This document shows, piece after piece, positions 39,216-48,189 of a DNA stretch of 64,000 nt. The translations under genes were made by a program, and so were the position numbers. Source of the stretch: a virus; IMG/VR virus record IMGVR_UViG_3300031576_000007, positions 47,990 to 111,989 of that record. The stretch is one strand, 5' to 3'. Below the pieces are notes generated by a model. That model was not told the DNA's origin, did no database searches, and saw nothing but the letters and a program-made list of their open reading frames with translations. The first letter of the stretch is position 1; the number at the start of each line of letters is the position of its first letter.

Positions 39216-39767
39216 TTATTCCTGATTTTCACCAGCTAATGGTGCGGTAATCTCTACTCCAGAGATTTCCTCAAATGTCTCATATGCTAATGTGACTTGC
39301 TCTATTGATTTCTCACTGTCTTCATTTGCATTGAGGTCTGACCCAGGCTGGAATGCAGCAACCCAAGCGTTTCTGAGAACCCACTGTTTAGCAGGTACCC
39401 CGCTTCTGCGAAATAACGTAATAGTCACTTCTTTCCGATAATCATCAGTGTTTCCAAGAGGAACCTGATTCTGCCCTTGTCCTGCTTGAGGAAGGCCATT
39501 AGGGAGTTTCTCAGGATCAAATACTAACCTTAACCACTCGTAGAGATCTTGATTAGTTGTTGACCCGCGAGATAGAACTACATCTTCTGTTCTAGCCAAC
39601 CCTGGAAAGAGTTGGACGTTATCTGGTGCATTTCCTTCCCTGTATTCACCTTTTGTAACTGTATACTTAGGGACTGAAACTTCACTGAACCCCGCTCTAC
39701 CAAGCCCCGAAAAGGAGACAGTAAAACGAAATTTCTCAATAGCGTCTACACTACCTGTTCTTGCCAT
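39216..39767 (-). CDS. Major tail tube protein (T4 gp19-like)
   Basis: DAIEKFRF, GFSEVS.P, EYREG, LFPGL, LSRG, W.LRNAW; directly after the sheath. Confidence 0.92.
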   Translation of the reverse strand: MARTGSVDAIEKFRFTVSFSGLGRAGFSEVSVPKYTVTKGEYREGNAPDNVQLFPGLARTEDVVLSRGSTTNQDLYEWLRLVFDPEKLPNGLPQAGQGQNQVPLGNTDDYRKEVTITLFRRSGVPAKQWVLRNAWVAAFQPGSDLNANEDSEKSIEQVTLAYETFEEISGVEITAPLAGENQE

Positions 39768-39778
39768 GATTTACCTCC

Positions 39779-42376
39779 TTAACCCTGTGCCTGTGGAATT
39801 GGGAATTCAAGAGCAATCTCAATGAATCTCAATGCCGTATTTGTCCGTACTTGGACTCTAAATTTCATTAATCCTTTTGCTAGAGCCTCAGCAGTTGTTT
39901 CAACCGCCACAACTCTAAACTGGTCGATCTCTGGCAATCCAGCAGGGAATAAGTATGAATTATTCCTTAAAAAGGTTTTAATAGCTCCGTCCACAAGTAA
40001 TTGTGTTGCGGGAGAAAAATTCTCCCATATGAAGCTCAGTAAGCCTCTTTCCAAAGATCCTTTAATGAATAGGTTCGATCTGATAACCTGAATTAACTGC
40101 TCCTCAGCTGTAAAGGCAGGAGAGGTACCACTGTCAGCAGTGTAAGCCCCAAAAATATATCTGCCTGATCCAGGAGATTCAGTAATTCTGTTAATCTTAT
40201 TTAATCGAAGTGGACCACCATCTTCTTTTTCAGATATCTTAAGGTCCAACCCAACAGTGTCTGATAGCCCCGCAAACTGAATACCAGCTGGAGCATGACT
40301 TACACCACCAATTGCTGTACTGGCATCAATCCTGGCCAGTACACCTGCTACGTGTCCTACTGGGTCAACTACCACTATAGAACTATCTGCTGGTCTTAAA
40401 ACTTTTAGAAAATTAAAATACCATGCAGCACGTTTGCTTGGGTTATTAACCACAATTTCTTTGTAGGTTATCGAGCTAGGAGCAACAATAGTTGCTGATC
40501 CTGAGCCGCTGATAGAAGTTGATTCTACGGTTATTTTGTTATCTTCATCGTCAACATCTGTAATCAGATACTTAGAGCCGTTAAAGTCTAAAAGATCCCC
40601 AACCGCTACAGAAGATAAATTCGGGCTTCCCGAAAATAAAACTGTACTAGATGTAGAACCAGTCACAATAGTACTAATTGTAACATTAACTTTAACCCTG
40701 TCAACCACTGCATTAGTGATGTTTCTAGGTATAGACAATAATGCAAAACAATCGTCCCTGTCTGTCTCGCAATAGTTAATCAGTGAATTCTGAATAACTC
40801 TTGACGTGATTTCTGGGATACAAATCAAATTTACATCATCAATTCTATCCAACGCATGGAGACCCTTACCGTTAGCCTGTGTACCAACAAAGTCTGAATC
40901 CTGAACAACTGCATCAGCAATAAAATAATCGTCCGCTAATCCTGTAGATGTAGCAGGAATATCAAGCTGGTCAGCTGGTTCTTTAAAGGTTGGTGTATTA
41001 ACAATACCAGGATTAAAGATCGTATCAACTAAGTTAATTCGAACTTGTCCATCTCTAATTGTAGAACCAACAGCCGTATTGACTATCTGATTCTTTGCAA
41101 TTGTGATATTATCCCCAGCATCATTTACTGCGTCAATTATGAAGTCATTGTTGCTTGCATCTCTCCATACATCTCCTGGATTTACGGTAGACAGATCTTC
41201 CGCACCACCGAACTGAACTACTCCAGTTGAAGCGGTATAAGTCAACGTATTTACTGAGGTCCCAAAGTTTGCATTCAATGTTCCGCTAGCTATAACCAGC
41301 TGAGAGAGAATTTCTTTCTCTAGACCATTAATGAGCATAAAGTGCTGGTTCAAACTACCTGTAGGGTAAGGCCCCACAGAAGTAGGAAGTATACCAAACC
41401 CTGCTCCAGAACTTGTAAAAGGAACGCTGTTCTGCGGTGTAACTGAATTAACAGAACTTGCACTTCTCTTTGTATCCTGTATGATATTTACAATTCCTGC
41501 CTTAATACTCGCTACTCCTAGTGCAACTCCAGCTCTATCTACTTCAACTTTGTCATCATCAATTACAGATGTAATATAAAACACAAAAGACCCAGAATCA
41601 ACAAGAATATCTCCTACTTTAGCCCCCATGTTTAGAAAGCCACCAGCAGAAGCTGTTACTTCTCTGTCAGAGCTAGCAGTTACAGTAACTGAGCCTTTAA
41701 GAGAACCTTCCTGAATTAAAGCCAGGGAATTGAATTCATCAACGTCAAAAAGTCGTAAAATCTTGCCAGCAGTAGAACCCACATTTAGGCCCCCAGCTGA
41801 GTAGATAGCGAATCCTGCCAATGTATTCAACCCCGTAGGGATTGTAATCTGGTCTGTAGAATCATTTACCGCAGAAATCAGGAATAATCTTCCATTATCA
41901 TCTTTAAAATAGTCTCCAGCCTTAACTTGTGATAAGTTAGGACTTCCAGAGAATGTTAGTATCCCAGTTAATGATGCATAAGTTGAAACTGAAAGAGACG
42001 AAACTATTAAGTTCTCGTCCTCAATTAATCCACCTGCACCAACCTCGGCTACTCCTCTTTCTACGACTTCTGAACCAGAAGCAGTAGGAGCAACATTTAT
42101 GATAATGGCTTTATTTCCTGAGCCCGCATTAGCATAAAAACCCTGTAACGCAAAATAAGCTAATCCTAGCTCGTCCTCATCTCCGAATTGTTCCACAAAG
42201 GAATCAAGATTAAGAATTTCCACAGGAAAATCTGTAGGAGCCCCTGCTTTAGAACTGCGCAAAATAAACGATGTATTAGCAGTAGGAACTCCAGGAACAG
42301 GTATAAAACCCGTAGGCTGTGGGATAACTTCAATGCGCTCTGGGCCAATATTTGTATTTAGCAAATCAGCCGCCAT
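39779..42376 (-). CDS. Contractile tail sheath with inserted domains
   Basis: GLHALDRIDDVNLICIP, AAWYF, GHVAG..AR.D, GVSHAPAG, FIWEN, RFIEI. Confidence 0.93.
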   Translation of the reverse strand: MAADLLNTNIGPERIEVIPQPTGFIPVPGVPTANTSFILRSSKAGAPTDFPVEILNLDSFVEQFGDEDELGLAYFALQGFYANAGSGNKAIIINVAPTASGSEVVERGVAEVGAGGLIEDENLIVSSLSVSTYASLTGILTFSGSPNLSQVKAGDYFKDDNGRLFLISAVNDSTDQITIPTGLNTLAGFAIYSAGGLNVGSTAGKILRLFDVDEFNSLALIQEGSLKGSVTVTASSDREVTASAGGFLNMGAKVGDILVDSGSFVFYITSVIDDDKVEVDRAGVALGVASIKAGIVNIIQDTKRSASSVNSVTPQNSVPFTSSGAGFGILPTSVGPYPTGSLNQHFMLINGLEKEILSQLVIASGTLNANFGTSVNTLTYTASTGVVQFGGAEDLSTVNPGDVWRDASNNDFIIDAVNDAGDNITIAKNQIVNTAVGSTIRDGQVRINLVDTIFNPGIVNTPTFKEPADQLDIPATSTGLADDYFIADAVVQDSDFVGTQANGKGLHALDRIDDVNLICIPEITSRVIQNSLINYCETDRDDCFALLSIPRNITNAVVDRVKVNVTISTIVTGSTSSTVLFSGSPNLSSVAVGDLLDFNGSKYLITDVDDEDNKITVESTSISGSGSATIVAPSSITYKEIVVNNPSKRAAWYFNFLKVLRPADSSIVVVDPVGHVAGVLARIDASTAIGGVSHAPAGIQFAGLSDTVGLDLKISEKEDGGPLRLNKINRITESPGSGRYIFGAYTADSGTSPAFTAEEQLIQVIRSNLFIKGSLERGLLSFIWENFSPATQLLVDGAIKTFLRNNSYLFPAGLPEIDQFRVVAVETTAEALAKGLMKFRVQVRTNTALRFIEIALEFPIPQAQG

Positions 42377-42672
42377 TAGTTTTTCTCCATTTCATTGTTA
42401 TTATTATTATAAATTTCTTCAACCTTATTTTCTAGTTTCTTAGAAAACTTAGGTCTCTTTTTTGTTGCCTGTGGTTGTATAAACTTAGGCAACTGACGAA
42501 AATCATTTTCGCCTTTTGTCTCTTTCACTACTTTCAATTGTTTTAACCCAGAGTAATATCTAACGTCCCGTGTTGCGGGAAGAGTTGCTTTTTCTCCAGG
42601 ACTTAAATGAATAGTATGTGTCATGCAATCTAAATGTAATATGTTAGAAGAGACATTTTTATATTTTTGCAT
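42376..42672 (-). CDS. Hypothetical protein before the sheath
   Basis: AAGGAGG RBS; typical position. Confidence 0.6.
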   Translation of the reverse strand: MQKYKNVSSNILHLDCMTHTIHLSPGEKATLPATRDVRYYSGLKQLKVVKETKGENDFRQLPKFIQPQATKKRPKFSKKLENKVEEIYNNNNNEMEKN

Positions 42673-42682
42673 GACTCCTCCT

Positions 42683-44128
42683 TTAAGGTACTAGTAAATT
42701 ATCATCTAGTACATTCCCCTCAAAATCTTCCAATGAAGCTCCGATAAAGTTGACATCTCCCTGATACTCAGAAACTTGCTCTGTAGTATAAGGAGGTATT
42801 CTTGAATCAACCCATCCTTCAATTCTATATGTAAATCTGTGAATCCAAAACTGACTATCTTCTTTATCTTCTGTTACGTGATTTCTGAAGTCTCTTTCTA
42901 ATATAGCTATACAATGGTTACTTAGTAACCTTGCACAATTATCTGCTGTGTACATTTTAGAAATAGGACTTCTTAAGGTTATTGAATTACTCAGTTGATT
43001 CACACTATCAACTACAGCATCCTCCCCCACATCTAAATTGTCAAACAATCTTATTCTATCATTTACGTAAAACTTAGATGCATCTTTTACATAAATAATC
43101 TTGTCACCCTCACTAGAATCTTTCAACAATTCGGATTCAAATGAGTTATCCATTCTCACTACAACAAATAAACTACCCCTTGGCGGGTTGAATACTTGCA
43201 TCATCCTATTAGCTACGGAGATATGATCATCACGTTCTCTTGATGATATCTTAATAAAATATAAGAATGTATAAGGTATTAACTGACTGCTAACCTCATA
43301 CCTTGTACCTTTTCCTAAGATTGGTTGAGATGGATCTAATATTAAAAAACACTGTGCTTCCCCCGCATCGTCATTCTGTAAAACATCCCCTGATCTAACT
43401 ATCTTTGCCCCTGTTCCATTTACAACAGCACTTCCTGGCGCTATGGCCAGGGTAGAGTTAAAAGCATTTACCGCAGTTATTACAAAAGAGTTTAGTGAGA
43501 TGTCTACTAATGAATCTCCTGACTTAACAGTCTGCAAATCAACAAAATCTCTAAAAGTTACAATTCCAGCATCTTTATTATAATCGAACTGAGGTAGACC
43601 AGTTATTAAATCATTACTTAAAGTAATTGTATGAGGGCCATCTTCATTAAGAGCTATAGATGAGATGTGATATGTGCCTGTATTGGCACCTTCTAAGATT
43701 CTTACAAAATGCGAGGTAGTTACATCTAGAATCCGTCTATCAGTAAATTCTATTATGCTGCCCCCACCACCATTAGTAGTGACGGCCTCTCCAGCTAGGA
43801 CTACTTTATAAGCCCCATGACCAGGCAATGCAGAAACAATCTCATTCCCATATGGCGGTAGTAATCTACCAGTTTCTAAATCCTCATAAAGTTTTAAAAG
43901 TCTTATAGAAAATCTAGGACTTGTAGAAATAGTGGCATCAGCTGTATCATCATAAAATTTAGGTTCTATAGGTTTCTTTACAAGTTCTCCTGTAAAGGGG
44001 TCAAACATCTCTCTGAAAGCAATGTCTTGCGGAGTTCTATCTCTAGTTTCGAAGAAAATTATTCTACGAACCTCTCTGGCCAGTGCTTCCTCAATGTCAT
44101 TTAATATTCTTGCGAATTTAGCAGCCAT
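42683..44128 (-). CDS. Tail terminator/completion protein with inserted domains
   Basis: PRFSIRL, IPY...Y.I.I.SR.R, F...FTY.IEGW; position in the module. Confidence 0.65.
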   Translation of the reverse strand: MAAKFARILNDIEEALAREVRRIIFFETRDRTPQDIAFREMFDPFTGELVKKPIEPKFYDDTADATISTSPRFSIRLLKLYEDLETGRLLPPYGNEIVSALPGHGAYKVVLAGEAVTTNGGGGSIIEFTDRRILDVTTSHFVRILEGANTGTYHISSIALNEDGPHTITLSNDLITGLPQFDYNKDAGIVTFRDFVDLQTVKSGDSLVDISLNSFVITAVNAFNSTLAIAPGSAVVNGTGAKIVRSGDVLQNDDAGEAQCFLILDPSQPILGKGTRYEVSSQLIPYTFLYFIKISSRERDDHISVANRMMQVFNPPRGSLFVVVRMDNSFESELLKDSSEGDKIIYVKDASKFYVNDRIRLFDNLDVGEDAVVDSVNQLSNSITLRSPISKMYTADNCARLLSNHCIAILERDFRNHVTEDKEDSQFWIHRFTYRIEGWVDSRIPPYTTEQVSEYQGDVNFIGASLEDFEGNVLDDNLLVP

Positions 44129-44754
44129 TATACTTTCTTAATATACTCAGACCACAATTCTTTTATGGTTATCTTTAAAATACTTAGAATTAGAGGTTCT
44201 ATATTTCTCTTTACGTCCTCAAATTCAGTTGCCCAAAATGCATATTTGGAATCTTCTATCCATTCTGCAAGTTTAGTGTTTTCCACCATTTTTGATACGT
44301 CCGCTTGAAAACTCCCAGCGGGTTTATTTGAATACGGAGTAGCTACAGGTCTTAAACCAGGCTTGTGCCCGACTTCTAAATCAAAGCCGTCTACTATTCT
44401 CTCCATTTTCAGTATATCTATAGATTCCGCCAGATAACCAGTAGCAACTAGTTCCCTGGAAGATAAAGCCCCTACAAGTGGGAGATTGGAACGACTAGAC
44501 TTCCATTCTGCGTATCGGTCGGTGTTCTTGGGGACTCCATAACCGCCGCCTCCACTCGGCTTACCGCCAATTTCCATATTAGATACTTGATGAGGTTGTG
44601 AAGACCTCGATAATCTAGATTTAATTCTGGGTAGTAGGTGACGTTTAACATAAACTCTAAAACCCCTGAATAAATTTTCTGCGAGCCTTGGCTCCAAATC
44701 TTTTAGAAACTTCTCTACTTCCTCTGCTCCTTCAACTTGTATAACCCAATCCAT
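44128..44754 (-). CDS. Neck protein
   Basis: KNTDRYAEWK...LVATGYL.ESI pattern; position in the module. Confidence 0.6.
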   Translation of the reverse strand: MDWVIQVEGAEEVEKFLKDLEPRLAENLFRGFRVYVKRHLLPRIKSRLSRSSQPHQVSNMEIGGKPSGGGGYGVPKNTDRYAEWKSSRSNLPLVGALSSRELVATGYLAESIDILKMERIVDGFDLEVGHKPGLRPVATPYSNKPAGSFQADVSKMVENTKLAEWIEDSKYAFWATEFEDVKRNIEPLILSILKITIKELWSEYIKKV

Positions 44755-44799
44755 ATTATTTTATACCGTAAAGAATCTATAAGTAGTTGAAATCATTAA

Positions 44800-46089
44800 T
44801 TAACCTCGACCTAAAGGTATCCCTTGAGCTACTCCTTCTCGTTTCAGTTGAGCTAAGATAGCCTCAAATCTTTTTTCCCACTGTTCCAGAAATTTATCGG
44901 AAACAGCCGAGGAATTCTGACCACGAGCGGCCATTAAAATCGTATATATAGACCTAACTGACACATACTCTCTTCGATCTGTGGAACTTGACCTTAGTTG
45001 ATGAATGTTGAGTTCTTCTCTAAGTTTATCAGAGGAGCGCTCTATATGGTACTGAAGGACTTTATTTCTTCCATTAAGATCTGTTTTAAGAATAGATTCG
45101 GGCAAGTATGCATCAATCTCAAATAATGTTTGTCTCAAATCTTCCGCTGTTGCATAGGAAGGGAACCTACCAAATATTGGGCCATCAATATTTGTAAGTG
45201 TAAACATTTCACTGGCGAACTCAATTAAGCTATTAGGTGCAGAACCTATCATCCCTAAAAAGTTACCTTTATATGAGACTACATAATCATCCCCAGGATG
45301 CACCTGGAAAGAACCAAAACCGTTATTTGTTGTCTGTGGTATAGACCACGTTCCTCTGTATCTAGCCGGCCCAACTCTAGCTAATGTTATTCTTTCTATA
45401 ACTCGAAATTGTCCATCGGGGGCTAGATAAGAAGGTATAAATACGTCAGCTACAACAACATTGTCTTTTGGATCTTGTCTTCGCCCACCTACTATTACCT
45501 CTACTTCAAAAGTAATGCTCCCACCTATGAGTCCTGTAAGACTATCTTGGGGGTCTTTTCTTATTTCATCAATCGCTAAGTTTATTACCTGCCCTGGTCT
45601 AAAAGGTTTAGTTAATGGCTCTAAACTTATACTTCCACCAGAATCAATAGTTTTTATTTGATAAAAATCAAATATTGTTCCAGTAGAGTCTGTAAATTGA
45701 TGCAATAGCGAAGCTGGAAAAGGTAGAATAGGAGATACAGTTCCAGCTAATTCAAAGGACGAAAATTCAGCTAAATCATTGATAATTATAAATGAGGCTG
45801 GAAAAGTCGTTATAGTTGATAAATCTGTGTCTGCGGTAAAGGTAATGGTAGTTGCAGTGTTTGTTAATACTCTATAGAGAAGACCACTTATATGCATTTG
45901 GTCACCAACTAACGCTCCATTAGCAGGAACTGGACCTGTAAAAGTCACAGTGACTACTTTAGTAACGTTATTAACGTCCCCAACGAGAGCAATAGAACCA
46001 GAAGCTGGTCTAACGCTTCGTTCAACTCGAAAGCTGACTATATTGTGGGGAGGATTCCCTGGTGACGAAAAGCTAATGGTTACAGCCAT
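44800..46089 (-). CDS. Head-tail adaptor with N-terminal beta domains
   Basis: C-terminal SYATAEDLR...IERSSDKL helical adaptor-like domain. Confidence 0.55.
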   Translation of the reverse strand: MAVTISFSSPGNPPHNIVSFRVERSVRPASGSIALVGDVNNVTKVVTVTFTGPVPANGALVGDQMHISGLLYRVLTNTATTITFTADTDLSTITTFPASFIIINDLAEFSSFELAGTVSPILPFPASLLHQFTDSTGTIFDFYQIKTIDSGGSISLEPLTKPFRPGQVINLAIDEIRKDPQDSLTGLIGGSITFEVEVIVGGRRQDPKDNVVVADVFIPSYLAPDGQFRVIERITLARVGPARYRGTWSIPQTTNNGFGSFQVHPGDDYVVSYKGNFLGMIGSAPNSLIEFASEMFTLTNIDGPIFGRFPSYATAEDLRQTLFEIDAYLPESILKTDLNGRNKVLQYHIERSSDKLREELNIHQLRSSSTDRREYVSVRSIYTILMAARGQNSSAVSDKFLEQWEKRFEAILAQLKREGVAQGIPLGRG

Positions 46090-46448
46090 TTAAACAACCT
46101 CTTTGATTTACTTTTTTCTTGTTGAACTAAGAACTGACGCAGTTTGATATTAGTCTCTAATAACAACTCTAGGTTGGTTTTTAAGATTTCTGACTGCTCA
46201 GTAAGTTCTTCAATTTTAATTTTCAGCTTATCAAATTTATCTTCTAAATATTTTCTATCAGGAAGATCTTCTAATTTTTCTATAGTTTCAATTTCTTCTT
46301 TTATTCTATCTTCAGCTGTTTGTGTTTCTTCTAATGTAATTGGAAGTACTTCCGACATTTCCTGATCTTTTTGTTGTGTATATTTTAATTGGTCTGGCTT
46401 TATGTCATTTGATGACTTTATTTTCTTTATAAGATCTTTTGTAGCCAT
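46080..46448 (-). CDS. Coiled-coil hypothetical protein
   Basis: Heptad-rich, ends RLFKWL. Confidence 0.55.
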   Translation of the reverse strand: MATKDLIKKIKSSNDIKPDQLKYTQQKDQEMSEVLPITLEETQTAEDRIKEEIETIEKLEDLPDRKYLEDKFDKLKIKIEELTEQSEILKTNLELLLETNIKLRQFLVQQEKSKSKRLFKWL

Positions 46449-46636
46449 GATTGCAATACTCCTGTTACAAATAAAGATAAAACTATTAAGCCTATAAAGT
46501 TTGTGATTCCAACAACTAGTGAGAGCTTGGTTAAAAAACCAATTTTACTCTTATTTTTCCTAATCTTTCCTTTAATATTCAAAGAACGCTGTAAATCTTC
46601 CTCATTTTTAGTATTCTTTGTATTTATAATCCTCAT
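46427..46636 (-). CDS. Small membrane protein
   Basis: C-terminal TM; GAGG RBS. Confidence 0.5.
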   Translation of the reverse strand: MRIINTKNTKNEEDLQRSLNIKGKIRKNKSKIGFLTKLSLVVGITNFIGLIVLSLFVTGVLQSWLQKIL

Positions 46637-46653
46637 ATAACTTCCTCTTGTTC

Positions 46654-46875
46654 TTATATTGACTCGTCTTTACCCTCATCTTTTTCTATAGATTTTTCAG
46701 TATGATTCCATTCGAACAAGTCTAAGAAACCAGATAAAAATCTAGACAACTTACTTTTGTCTTTATTTTTACCAACTCTTGAACTAATAGTCTCATCTGG
46801 ATCCCCACCAGTAAGTGCATTAAAACACTGGTCAATAGCGATTAGTAAATTCCAAAAATATCGTTTAACTCTCAT
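46654..46875 (-). CDS. Conserved small phage protein
   Basis: LIAIDQ..NAL.GGDPDETISSR motif. Confidence 0.75.
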   Translation of the reverse strand: MRVKRYFWNLLIAIDQCFNALTGGDPDETISSRVGKNKDKSKLSRFLSGFLDLFEWNHTEKSIEKDEGKDESI

Positions 46876-46877
46876 TG

Positions 46878-47216
46878 TTAGACTCCATATGGTTTAGCCA
46901 TGCCATTATTAAGCATCTCTTGATTGATATCTCTACCATCTAAATAAAGAATAGCCAAGTATCTCCCACCATACTTATCTACCTTAATTGACTTAATTGT
47001 AACCTCTTTAGCTGCTGCAACCTGTTCTTCTAACCATTTCTTGCAAGCCAGACCTGCTACTTTCTCAACTAAATCCAGTGTTCTAGTTTCTGGTGTGTCA
47101 ATCCCATAAAGTCTAAGACTTTGCTTGATCCATACGCTAAAACCTAAATCTACAAAAGCATCTACGGTATCACCGTCTACTACTCTTTCTATTTTGGCCT
47201 TATAGATGTAATCCAT
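46878..47216 (-). CDS. Thermonuclease (SNase-like)
   Basis: RVVDGDTVD..VDLGF....LRLYGIDTPE, DKYGGRYLA. Confidence 0.9.
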   Translation of the reverse strand: MDYIYKAKIERVVDGDTVDAFVDLGFSVWIKQSLRLYGIDTPETRTLDLVEKVAGLACKKWLEEQVAAAKEVTIKSIKVDKYGGRYLAILYLDGRDINQEMLNNGMAKPYGV

Positions 47217-47869
47217 TATAGTGCTTCTCCAGGAAGTAAAATAGTTCTTGGTCTATATAATTCTACTTCTAGGCATCCATTTGAAGTCAAATCAGTATTT
47301 GGAGTGGTTACTTCTATCCACAATTTATAACCAACCTGTTGGGTAGGTAATGACGATTCTGTAGCCCCTTCGGTATTTAATTCATCCCCCATTGGGGCAT
47401 CGCCTTGCAAATAGTGATTATTTACATAATGTGTGATTATCGTATCAGATGTAGCTTGGGTAAATTTATCTAAACTATTTGATATCCCCAACGCTGAAGC
47501 GGGTATTACCCCATTTGGATCTTTATAATATGCTCCTGCTTTACATATCACATAAAAATCTACATAACATCCCTTTGGCGCACTATGGAAATAAAGGGTT
47601 CCCTCTTTTATATAAATCTTCTCTGAAAAACCCACTTCTATTCTTTTTCTTTTATAGCCTATAGGAATAGCAGTAGAAATAGAATCAGTAACTAAGTCAT
47701 CACTATTATTAAAATCCCAAGCAAATTGTTTTCCATCACCAATATTTGTTAAAGAGTCCCCTCTAGATGCAAAACTAGTAATATGGTCTTTCGGGCGACT
47801 ATCGCTTCTAATTATGGCACGACCATCAATTGATTTATCTTTTTTTGGTTCTCTAAATTTAATAGCCAT
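47216..47869 (-). CDS. Hypothetical, probably virion protein
   Basis: Beta-rich ORF in the head module. Confidence 0.55.
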   Translation of the reverse strand: MAIKFREPKKDKSIDGRAIIRSDSRPKDHITSFASRGDSLTNIGDGKQFAWDFNNSDDLVTDSISTAIPIGYKRKRIEVGFSEKIYIKEGTLYFHSAPKGCYVDFYVICKAGAYYKDPNGVIPASALGISNSLDKFTQATSDTIITHYVNNHYLQGDAPMGDELNTEGATESSLPTQQVGYKLWIEVTTPNTDLTSNGCLEVELYRPRTILLPGEAL

Positions 47870-47871
47870 TG

Positions 47872-48189
47872 TTATACCTTATACTCATATCCTGCACCAA
47901 GTCTTTCAGTGCCAGCGGAATCATTAACTAAAACAATTGATAGTTGCTTTACGCCATCTCCAGTTAAAGTTCTTCCAAGATAGCGATATTCAGATGTATA
48001 AGTTAGAGCTAAAATTTCTTCGGTAGTACCAAGATAATCCCAAACTAACATAACATGCGTATCTCGGAACGGATTAGCATTTCCATACCAGAAACCTATT
48101 TCCCAAGTTTCTCCATTTGGTACTATAACACCACTGGAATCTTCAGTAAGCAATAAAACTGCTTTATTGTAATCTTTTTTAGTAATCAT
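47872..48189 (-). CDS. Hypothetical, probably virion protein
   Basis: Beta-rich; VPNGETWEI and TLTGDG resemble C-termini of neighbours. Confidence 0.55.
   Translation of the reverse strand: MITKKDYNKAVLLLTEDSSGVIVPNGETWEIGFWYGNANPFRDTHVMLVWDYLGTTEEILALTYTSEYRYLGRTLTGDGVKQLSIVLVNDSAGTERLGAGYEYKV

Noticed and set aside
27202-42376. Stand-alone bacterial eCIS/tailocin locus
   Set aside because: Terminase, portal, scaffold and capsid are in the same transcriptional block, and no Afp15-like ATPase is seen.
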